Part shown: positions 1 to 12,000 of the stretch, one piece after another | How positions within the stretch are numbered: position 1 is the stretch's first letter | Layout of the letters: every line of letters begins with the position of its first letter | Assembly (NCBI GenBank): GCA_047495785.1 | Contig: JBLDXI010000017.1 | Span: 310,001-374,000 of the forward strand | Reading direction: 5' to 3' | From: Lepidodermella squamata | Taxonomy: Eukaryota > Animalia > Gastrotricha | DNA: 64,000 bases | Made by a program: the position numbers and the translations under genes | Notes under the pieces: generated by a model | The model's input: the letters and a program-made list of their open reading frames with translations, nothing else | Told to the model about the DNA's origin: nothing | Databases searched by the model: none

Positions 1-3000
1 GGTTGAGGTTAGTCAGTACGTGTTGCGGAACGAGCAGCCCGGCTCGGTTAACTCACCCAGCGGGCCGTTGAAAGCTGTGGTTATGCTAACATCGCCCGAA
101 TTGATGACAACCCCGAGTCGGAGTTTGACTGTTCTAGTCGAATACAGCGCGTCTAGTGTCGGTCTAGCGGCGGCCTACAGCCAACAACAGCATATTTTGA
201 GCGAGGCGGGGTCTAGCGTGTTAGGCTCAACCACCCCACCGCCGCCTAATGTTGGCCCACCGGCGATTTCAGCGACATTATCCGTCACTCCGATGTATCT
301 ACCGAAGTACAAGCAAATTCAATCGAGCCCTATGAAGCGCCATTTAATGGCGAGCTTGGTCGATTTGCCGGACTTTTTATTCCAGGAAGACGCTCAGAAC
401 AACTTTTTCAACTATTTACTCTCGCTATCCGGGCAAAATTTGTCGAATTTTAACATGGAATCACAGGCTAATGTTGTTGATGCGCTGAGCCTTCTTTCAT
501 GGCTGCTGAATGTCAGTCAAACTGAGATAAGCGGGTCGACTTTCTCGCGAATTTCGCAGAAGGTCGTCGAAAATTTCGATTCCCTCCTGCAAATCGCGTA
601 CATTTTCCCGGCGACAAGTTCGCGAGAAGCCGCGACAATTTTGTCCGAGATAATTCTGCTGATTTCCGAACGAAAAGGCGGTAAATCGATTTCGTCCATT
701 GTCGAGCGGTTTTTCGACGGAATTTTTCTCGATCAAATGACGACGCAAATTCAGTCGCCGACAATTTTGCATCTGTTCCTGAAACTCGCGTCACGCCTCG
801 CTGAAATTCAACTGGTTTCGCCCGGTAATGCGTTACCTGTAGCTGGTTTCGCGAAACTCGCCGCCCTCGGTGAAATTTTGTCGTTGCAAACGAATTCCGA
901 ACGGGTTCAAATGGTTTCAGGCGATTCGTTGACTGCGAGTTCGAAGCTTTTCGACCTACCCCTGCCGACTCATCTGCTCGATACGTTTGTAAGACCGTCG
1001 TACGCTGCTGTGGTAGCGGGTCTTTTCGGCAACCCGGGTTCGGGTAATAACGGGTTCTCCAGCGGCCCGCCTGGTTTAGCCGATTCGTCGAAACTGAACG
1101 ACGGCCCTTGGTCGAATTTCTCGCCCTATTCGTTTCAAATGCCAGGCTTCGGCCAGAAAGTAATACCGACCCAGCCGCAGAAAATCACGGCGGCAGATTT
1201 CCCAGAGTTACCCGCTCCGGGTGATGTCGCGTACTCGCCCGGGCCTCGTCACATTTTCGGCCTGATTGAGTACGAATGTCTTCATTTTCGATTTCATAAA
1301 TTCTGCCAGGGTGCTAGGGCCGGGTCGCCTAGGGCTGGGTTTAAGGTGGCTCCACCGCCCTCGATCCGCCTGCCGAGTTCGGTCGCGTCTCAGCTGGTAC
1401 CAGCTAACCCGGAACCAGCCTGGAACCTACCCCAGGGCGCGAATCAAGCGACCCAGCCGATTTTACCCCTGGTTCATTCGTACTTCCCGACACTATCCGA
1501 GGCAAATGCGGCGTTTAGCCACGCCCTCGACCCGATAGTCGCTAATGCCAACAAAAAATCGAGTGGGATGATGTTTACGGTCGATGAGGTTCCAACAGCC
1601 GATGAAGTCCCAGTCACGAGTTCCGTGCCAATTTCGGTGATTTACGTCGCGAATAACGTTCAATCATCCGTACCACCGACCCCGAAACCAACCCCATATA
1701 TCACGCCATCAGTCACGCCGCCAAATGAGCCGTCGAATCTGCCGGCGATTCTACCCGGCCCGGTTTCGGTACCGCCAAACCAGTTGTCAAGCAACGCGGC
1801 TAATTCGCAGGATGCGCAAAGTCTCGGCCATAATTTCGACTACCTAACAAATATGTTGGTGCTAGATTATTGCAATAACTGGGTCGCGTTCGATAGATCA
1901 AGCGCGAGCTCGCGGCGATTTGTCGATCTCGACTTTGGCCGGCCTGTTGTCCTAACCGGGTTCATAATCCCCGTCAACGCTGACGTGCTATCCGTCGCTG
2001 TTGATGTCTGGCTAAAACCTGATGACGATAAAAATCATCGAGCTAAGAGAATTTGTAGCCATATGCGGCTGAGGCAAGAGCCGCTGGCTATGCTGAACCT
2101 ACAACCAGCCCCTGTTTGCCGGTTCGTGAGACTATGGACGTTTTTCGCGGTTGGAGCGACTCAGGGCCGGCTGTCGATGTGTGTTGGCCAGTATTACGGT
2201 TATTCGTTGCTATCAGCATGTCGTCTCAGTTCGTTGAGCACGATTTCAAATTTGATCGGGCCGAGTTTGAACATATCAGCCGGGTCGATTGGCCCGGCTA
2301 GCCAGACCCTGGTCGGTTTACACAGCCAGGTTTTACAGACGTGTATCGAAGACCAGTTGTACCGATTCCGCGAGGCTATGTCAGATCTGGCGACGATAAG
2401 CCAGGTCTACTCGAACCCGAGCCATTTAGCCACCCTGTGGACATCAGGGCAACGGGCGATTGAGACGCGGCTAAGGGTCTGTGTAGGCGGGGCGTTTGTC
2501 TGGCGGTGCCAATTGAACCATTGCAACAACATGGTTCAAGAACTTCGCGGTTTGATTTCGTCCCAAAATAACGAAAATCCACCTCAAAACGAGCCGTTAG
2601 ACAAGCTGCAAGTGATTTTCTACTACCTGCTGCGAATGTTTTACGTGCAGGCGAGGCAGGGTCTGCAGGTGAAAATCACCCTGGAAGATGCTTCTCGGCT
2701 CTTCCAGGCCGTTTGCCTATTCGCGAATGAAGAGCTGCGATCAGCTGTTGGCAATTTGATCGTTCATTTCGCGACTGATGTCGACTGGTGGCCGGAGTTT
2801 TTCGCGCAGAGCTTGGCGAAACTCTTCAACAGCGCCGCGTTTTCGCCTGATATCACATCGCTGAGTTCGAGCCCGAATTCGCTGTCCTTGGGTGACTATT
2901 GCAACCTATTCATTTTACTCATCGATTCAAACCCGGACCAAGCGAGCTGTGTTGTTATTTCAATGCTTGAAAAGCTGAAATCCTCCTTAATCACAAGAAA

Positions 3001-6000
3001 CGGGCTGTTTGACTCGACAAATATCGGCCTAGTCCTGTTTCTATCGATTTGTTTAGACGCGCTGTTGAGCCAGGGCCATTGGATGGGTGATCTTTGGAGT
3101 TTCGCGCCTGGGTCTCTCAGCTCGGTAAAAGTGCAATGGAGCCCGAATTCCAACTCAAATTCATCTCAATCGAGCCAAAACAACCAAAACTCAGCGAATA
3201 ATCAACAACAAACGCGTCTAGGCGGCGGCTCAATCACCCGCCGAGGTGCGGTTTACAAGAAGAAAGTCACGCCAAAATTGAGTTCGAAGCTATTCTCGCT
3301 ATCTTCCCTAGCAAAACAAAGCGATCACGTGAGATTTAACGTGTCGGGTGATGAGCGGACTATGTGGCCGTCTCTGTACCCTGAGGATGAGTTATACGGC
3401 GATAAAACGCCGAATTCATCCCAGCAATGCAACTTAATCACCCGGCTACCTGTTGATTTATGCAAGGCGGTGACCGAGTCCCTACTCGGGTTCGTTCTCG
3501 AGAGCCACCGTAAGAAAATGGAGTCGAATAACTCGCATCGCAGTTCAATGTCGATGGTTTTCGCTGATGTTCACGCGTTGAAATTAGCGGCGTATTTGAG
3601 CTGTTTTTCGAGCCCTGAACTCGATTTGTCGCAAATTTTCGGCGCGGGTAGAGTCGATTCAATGGCGAGTTTGCTTGAGCTGGTCATCCACCTTAAAGAC
3701 CAGGCGTTCTTCTCGTCCGAGTCCAGCATTGACGCGACTCGTTGCGCTATTCGAGCCCATGCGGCTGAGTGCTTTTTGAAAACTGTTCTACTCGCTGAGA
3801 AGATTACGAGAAAAACTAGCAACAGCTCGATTGGTCAAAGCGAAGACTCGCAGCAAGGTCCGTTCGCTAGTTTATTCGCCGCGATTAAGGAACAGGAGGA
3901 TGCGGCGTCTCGTTCTGGCTCAGAGGAGCTTTTCAACCGGTTTTTCGCGTTGTTGCATGCGACTCGGTGTCATCAAATCAGTCAAAAGAGCCAGTTGTTG
4001 GGCAAGTCTCATAAATGCAAGGCGGCCGAGTGTCAACCGGCGAAGAAACTGCTGGAACATTGGCGACAATGCTCGGATGCTTCGACTTGCACATGTAAGT
4101 GTTATAATTTGGAAATCCAAAAATACAAACAGAAAAAACGGAAAAATCATGAAAAATAGGTTATATTTTTAATAATTGATTTTATATCATTTTTTAAATA
4201 CGGAAAATTTAAAATTTGAAATGGAATTTTCGCAGCCATTGAAAATCGGATTGCTCTGAAAATTTCTGAAAATTTAAATATATTTTCTGATCTTTTCAAA
4301 ATTTCTTTTAATTGAGCATTCAACGTCCCTTTTCTAAGTAAATTGATTTATTTGAATTTAAATTTTTCGGTTTTTTTCCTTTCCAGATAAATACTGCATT
4401 CCTCTGCGGTTACTTGTCAATCATTGGCGAACGTGCAAGCGATTCGACGTCTGCGCACCCTGTAAAGAACTCGCGAAGTTCCCGCTAGTTTTCGAGCCAA
4501 CCGTCATGAACAGCATTGAAAGCGTAGCCGAGTGCAGTTCTCTGCCCGAAGACTCAAACGGAATCGTACCACCGCCAGAAATCGACCCAGCCGCGATTTC
4601 TATGAGCCTCAACGACTTCTTGATATCGGAAGATATCGAGCTAGGCGGATTGGCCGAGTTTGGCATTGACGAATTCATCGACATTGAACCACCGCCGAAT
4701 TTCGGGTCGAATTCCGCCGTAACCGCCCTGAGCCCGCCTCTACCACCCTTCGCATTCGACTGCCGGTACGACTTTTCGTTGCTACACCACTCGAAATACC
4801 TGCTAGGGTGTCTGCAATCGAGAAATTACGCCGAAATTTCAGTTCTCCCCGCGTTAAAATCGCCGCAACAGAAACGCCAGTCACCAAATGCGGGCGACTC
4901 GAGTCCGAAATTGAGCGAATCATCTGAAACATCCGCCTTAATTTTCCAATCACTGACTCGTGTGCTGAATTCAGCCGTTTCAAAGGGCCCTTCATCCCTC
5001 GCTCGTTGTTGCGAAATTATTGACGATTTGTTGCCGTATACGAAAATCAGTTCTGGCTCGAAGTCTGAGCTGGCAAGGCAGCATGAGGCGTGTTTAGTCG
5101 GCTGGTTCCGCCTGATAATCGGCGAAATTGTGAAACCACGTGATAGCTCGAGCCATCGCCATCACAATTTTGAGGAAACAATCGCGTTCAACTCGGTTTT
5201 TCTCGAAACTTGCAACATTTTGATGTCGAAATCGAACGGAAGTGTCATGGCTTCGAGCGTTGTTGAGCTCTTCTCTGACTCGGCGAAATTCCGCGATTTC
5301 CTCCTCGCCGTTCTTGCCGTGAATGACCTTCAAAATTCCGGCGTGGAATACGGCCCAACATTCTGCCAGACCTTCATTTCATTCCTGAGAAGTGTCCTCG
5401 AAATCAGCATTGAACAAATGAGTAAAGTCGGGCTGAATGTCGCGAACAGCCTTTGCACAATCGTTTCTCAATTCATCGACCAGCAATTGATCGCGGGGGG
5501 CGGGAATTCATGGCTACCGATCGATATAGTCGCGGCTATGCTGCCGTTTTTAGTCGAAATGTGTAAAAGCCTGCAAATCTTCGCGAGTGATAAAAACGCG
5601 GAGAAATGTTGGGTGAAATTGGGCGCGAATATGGTGCAAACCATCGCGCTAACTTGTTGCATGCTGCCGAGAACTGAGGCAAATTTACGCCTGAAATCTA
5701 CGTCAAACACAGCTGGGCAGTCGAATTCGAGCCTGTTAGGCGCTGCCCTGGGGTCGAAGGGTCGAGGCCGCGGGCGGGGTGGCATGTATGCGCATCGCTG
5801 GGACGAAGGCGCCCGGCCTAGCCAGGCCTCGAATGACGTAGTTGTCATGCGAATGCCGCCGTCAAATGCCGATCTCGTGAAATGCGCCTACCCCGAAACC
5901 GCGACTGCTTTCGGCTCAGTCCTAAGCGATGAATTAGCGTTGCTGGAGCAGATTTTGTCGAACGAAACGCTGTTCAGTGAAATTGTTGATCAGGGCTCGA

Positions 6001-9000
6001 CGTTTTCGTCGATTCTCTCGATTTTGTACTGGAACGGCATTTGCTGCCAATCTGCGAGTTCAATCGCCGCGGCTGATCCTAGCTCGTCGGTTTGCGCTAT
6101 CGACGCCCAGCAGATTTCGATGAGCGCGTTCGGCTCGGCTGCGTACAAAACGTGCCAGAATATGTTCAATTTGCTGGTTGAGAATTTTTCGCAACGAGTT
6201 GGTCCGTTGCTGCTGGCTAGTGTCTGCCCGTCTACTAATTTGAACAGTGTTGGCTGGGATACGCGGTCTGCGGCGCTGGTCATTGTTCAGGCTGTGCTGG
6301 ATCGATCGCCGGATGTTGCGACGTCGCATCGTGATATCATTTGCGAGATTTTGTTTGCGTGCTTTGAAGAAATTATCACCAACGACAAACTGTGAGTTCA
6401 TATTATCAAACTTCAAAAATATTCTTTATTGGAAAATTTTTGAAAAATTACGAATTTTCAGAGAAAAATAATTCCTGTTTGAAATGTTATGGTAGTATAC
6501 TAGGTGAGGTCTCGTAACCAAAATACACCGAATACGCTCAATTTCGTCCGCTGATGATACTCGATTCAACAAATTTTAGAGAGACATAGCCTGTGATACG
6601 ATAGGGTAGCAGCATTAAGAGGAGATGAAAGTCTAACATACCAGAGCCATGTTACGTTGATAATTTGGCGCAAGTTCTTTGCGTCAGTCCTTTTGAATAC
6701 ATTTCTCGGAGTTCTACCCTGATGATACAAAAGATTAATTAGTCGACTAAACAGTGCTGATCGGTGTGATATTCCTAAAGCTTGAAGTCACAAAAGTTAA
6801 AATCGAATGGAGTCGAAACATACTTCTACCGTGTTTGGGGCGGTATAATTGATTGGGTTCACTTTTTCGTTTAGATTTCATATTTTCATTTAAACAGCTA
6901 ATTTATAGTTCAATTCTGTTTGCAATGTAACTGTTTACAGTAGATATAAGTGATTGTTGGATTGTAATGCCGAGTCAGTCTCGGCTCAATCAGACACTTG
7001 CCGCCAGGGCTTCGCTGTATAGCGGTAATGAGGTTTGAACCGTTTGCCTTGGCTGGAATAGATAAGCCTCGTTTGTGCGATCGGTTTTCGACCCACCGAA
7101 TTGGAGTTGAACTGCGGTGAACTGAATAGTATCGAGGGCGCCCAAGTCTTACGGATTGGTGTTTTCAAAACATCGATAGTCTGAAATATATTAGAAACGA
7201 AACAAAAAGAAAGAACAGTTTATATCAGTATGAATGTAAATGATTGTAATGCTGAATCAATCTCCGCTCTTGTCGCCAGAGCTTCGCTGTAAAGCGGAAA
7301 AGAGGTTTGTACCGGTTGCCTTGGCGGGGACAGGTACGCCTCGTTGGAACAATCGGTTTGCACCGAAGCAAGATTATGATGGAAACAAAACAAAAAGAAA
7401 TAAGTATAAATCAGTACTTCAGGGCAATTGCTGGTGGTGATGCGATCAGTCCACCAGGGACGACAAGTTATCAGATCATAGTCTTTCGAATTTTCAAGGC
7501 TGGTAATTTTTTTTGATGAAAATGTCAACATTGTATGCATTCAATGCAACGAAATTCTCGCGTTAATGTGGTTCAAACTTGAAAGCCAAGGTCTGATCTT
7601 CGCTGTACCGAATAAATTTGTAACCGGTGGACTGACCAAATTGTGTCTTTCCAACTGAATTTACTTTCGATGAAGTTGCGCCACTAAAGTGCAGAGCCTG
7701 AACTGATCTGAAGTGCCCGAGTAGCCCTAAATATGAGGCTAAATTTGAGGTTCTAGTTCTACAGTGAAATCAATTTTTGTACTATCAGTGTACTATCAGT
7801 GAAATCAGAAACATTTAGTGTCCGGCGAGGAAGCCGTGGTCGCAACGACCATAGCCACATTCGGCCCACGGGCGTCCATCGAAGCAGTGGTAGCGGAAGG
7901 CTTTGCAATAATTGTGAAGTAAACTATAGCCTAAACCTTGCCAACAAATTGACAGAATTTAGAACAGCATCTTCCTTAACTGGAAACAAAATCTTTGCAA
8001 TGGCTGGGGTACAAATATTTCAAAAAGATTGAATAAAATCAAATTGTCTCTGAACATTTTCATTAATGCGATTTGGGTTAATTTTTTATTTCTGATTTAT
8101 AAGCCTCGTATTTGTAAAACCGTTATATATAAATTGTTTATTTCTCATTTTTAGAGCTCAAAAGTCGAAAAGCTCGACTTCGAATAGCAAGGTGTTCGAT
8201 CTGAGCCCACTCGCCCGGGTCATACCAGGCAGTGTCAACCTACCCCTGGCTAATCTGATCACCCAGCAAAACCAACCAAGCTCCACCTCAACCGCCTTCG
8301 CATCATCCCGATCTCAACGCCTGCTATACGAACTCGTAAATGCGAGCTCAAAACAAACAAGCGGCGCAGGCGGTGCCTCATCCAGCCAAGTCCCTTGCCC
8401 GATTTACGACTTGACTTCCGCATCAAGCGGTGACCCAAGGCCGGTTCCAATCCCGACCGCTCAACGGGGTCAATCGAACCGGGCCCCAGCGATTTGCGGC
8501 TACACCTTCGCACCGGCTGAAGATCACTTCTCATTCGCCGTTCACTTCTCAGTACCCGTCGTACTGGCTGAAATTGTTGTCGGGTGCGATTTGACTCATT
8601 CACGGGGTCACCTGCCCCAGGCTATCGAGGTTGAGGTTAAATCTGATAAGCAAGCGCCAGCTAGTGGCCAGGTTACAGCACCGGGCGCCTCGTCACTGCC
8701 CCTTCGATTCTGCTCGATTTCGTCGTTCAAAACACCGCGCGACTGCCTGGCCATCGCGATAAACCCGCCGCGCGTTGCCTCGTCGATCCTGATCTCAATC
8801 TACCGGCCGAAAACGGCGAATGTCGTGTATTTGAATTCGATTTCAATCCGCGGATTTCCGTTGACCAGCGCGCCGAACGCCCAGCCGCAGTTGCTGGCTG
8901 AAGTTGATCGGTTGTCCTCGCCTAGCGGGTCGTTTTCATCCGGGGCCCTGCCCGCCTTTGTCGGGCTGCCGTTGTCGTCGAATGAGGTTACGTTTTTGTC

Positions 9001-12000
9001 GCTACTTCACTCGGTGACCACTTTGGGGAAACTGAGGCTGTTATCGACTGCTGAGCGGAATGTGGCTGGGTTGCTGAGACTTGCGTCGTGCAGTGCCTTG
9101 GCGCTATTGGCTCCGGCTAACATCATCACGCCGACTATTTTGCAAAATTTGCTCGAAATGATTAATGTAAGTTGGATTTTGGGATCTTAGAGGCAAATTG
9201 GTTCCAATAAGATGAAGCAAATCGATCAATGTTTTCTCTAATTTTTTGAAAAATTCGAAATTCAAAATTTTGGCAATCAAAAATCGATTTATCGAGGAAA
9301 CGCAAAAAAATTAAGGAGGACTTTTTGAATTTATTACTATTTAATATTTTATTAATTGGTTGCGCACAAAATGTTGGGAATTTTTGTTGCTTTTTAAATT
9401 TGGTCAATTCTGCCTTCAGCCTATTATTTTCAAGATATTTCGAGTTGCGAGATTTATGAAATTTTTTTGAATTTATTTATAATTTTTCCTTTATTTATTT
9501 ATTGCAGATTTGCGTCGATTCTCTGCACGACGAATCGCTTGCCTCTCAATTCGTGTGCTCAATCGTTGATGTTTACATCCAAACCCTAGCGGACCGGTCG
9601 AAACCAGCCAGTGATTTGGCATCAGTCGCCTCAAATTCATCCACAATAACTTGCACCGCAGTCGATGTCACGCCATTCTGCCTATTCGTGTACTCACTGT
9701 CGCATTGGCGGTCACCAGTTATCAGCCAAGCGTTGATGGACCGGCTAATCAGCCACATCCAGGCTCAAATGCAGCGATGCGAATCGTGGTATTCATTCGA
9801 TCTGAGCCTGTTGCCGATAATCCAATGTCTGGCTTATCTGATCTGGAAACACGCGAAAAGCCAACTGGAACCCGATCGATTGGTCAAATTGTTTGAAATT
9901 GCGCTGCATTTAGCGAAAACTAAGGTGCAAAATGAGGTCCCGTACCTACCAACCCCTGTTCAAGCGCTAATCAGTGCGATTTTTAATCACAAATCGGTCG
10001 AATTCGAGAAATTAGGTCGTGATTTTATCGCGATTTTCGAGCGATTTCTCGAAAAATTTGAGATCAAACTCCACGACTGGACTGCGGCGTCTTACTTACT
10101 CCAGCCATTGGTTAACGTGTTCCTATCGCCGCGTTGTATGGACTGGTTTTCGACGCAAAATTCGGCGTTGGTCGAGAGAATTGTGAGAATGATTGGAACC
10201 CCGACAGCCGGGCCAATTTCAGCCTGTGCGTTAGGATTCGCGTCCGCCCTATGCCGGTCTCAAGTCGGGTGCAACTACATTGCGAACCAGTTAACCGACC
10301 AAGACTGGCAGCAATTGCTAAGCAATGCCGTTCAATCGACGTGCGACTTCCGATATCAAGACCTAGTGCTGCAATTTTTCACTCAAGCCACCTTAATCAA
10401 CCGAAAATCACAGATGAAACTAGGCACGGCGTTTGCGGCGCTGCTGCGGTCGAATCAGTCTAATTTGACCGGGTCTATGCCGTGTTTTATGCGCGCGTTC
10501 TGCAACCGGTTGTTGCTGGCTGATTGCGATATTTCATTCTACTGCACGCCGGATTTCGACGACCCGAGCACGATTATCTATGACACTGATATCGTGCCTT
10601 TCGCCGGCTTCCCAGCGAGTTGCATGGCCGAATTCGTCCCGCCCCCGTTTTCCGCCTCAGTCCGGCTATCCGGGCCAGGGCGGTGTATCCTACTCGATTT
10701 GATGACACGGTCGAAACGGCACCATCAAATGGCGAGTGGCATTGCGGACCAATCAACAGGCGGTGACGATTCAGTCGCGACAAAGGCCGCGAAAATGTTG
10801 AAAATCGCGTCGATCGCGAAACGCCGCGCCTCGAAAGACCTGTCCGACGGCGACCAGGCGGAAGATTTGAAGGCGATGGCTTGTCTACGCGATTTGTGCC
10901 TGAAATTCGCGCAGGAAGGCGGGTTGGAGCGTGATGCCGTCTCCGCTTCAATAGCCTGGCGTCCGCCGGCGAGATGGTTGATCAAAAAATGCTATTTCGC
11001 CCCACGGAGACCCGGCGATGTCAACGTAGCGCCGACTCGAAGTGTCCGGTCGTTGTTGAACGCGAATTTCCACCAAGATTCCGATTCGTTATCATCGTTC
11101 TATTCGAACCCGTTGCTCGAGCTGTCGGGTTTCGCGGCTTTACCGACCCCGGAAATGGCGCAAAATGCCATGGCAAATGCGTCGATCGCCCCGGATTCGC
11201 AGCTTGTGCCTCATATTTTGAGCGCATTTGCTCAGGTCGGCGGGTTAGACGCGTTGGCCCTGTTTTTCCCGCTGCCAAATTCAACCCCGAGTTCGAGTTC
11301 AAACCTACCGAATTCCGAATTACCAAGCGCGGTCTCATCGGTAATGGCTGCGTTTCTCGACCCGGGTGCTGGTGGGGTCGGGCTGGGGTCAGACCTGCCC
11401 GATGACTGGGTTGATATTCAGGACGTTGACTCAGATTCGACGATTGAATTCGCATCGCCGAAGAATGTGATCGTGTTAGGCGGGGGTAGCGCTGGTTTTT
11501 CGGCCTCCTCCCTCCTCGCCTCGACCGCATCTACCCTAGGCCTGTCATCGGCCGGTAGTCTATTGTTGGCTCAGCAGTTTTTCCTACCAGTTTCAGCCCT
11601 GGCTTTACGGGTTTTCTCGCGGCTACCGGATTTGGCTAACCTTTTGACCTCGGTCTCGTGCCTACCCCTCACCCAAGCCGCCTTGAGACTAGCGCTAGGC
11701 CTCGGGGTTGATATGGTCCATTTTCAGCAGCAATCATCGCTATCAGGCCAGTCGAGTTCGTCGTCGAGCCATCAATCGTCGGGGATGATAAGGGCGATGG
11801 GGCTGTTACCTGCCCTGCCGTTCCTAGCCCTTGATGAGTTCGTATCATCGACCCCGGAGTCGCTGCCGAGTTGCTTAGACGCAGGCTGTGTAGACCTGTT
11901 ACTAGCGGCTATTCACGTGTTGTCTCGACAGCAAGACACGACCTGCTCGAATTCGAATAATTTCATCAATTTACTACTCGGAAATTCGGCGCCGGTGGGT

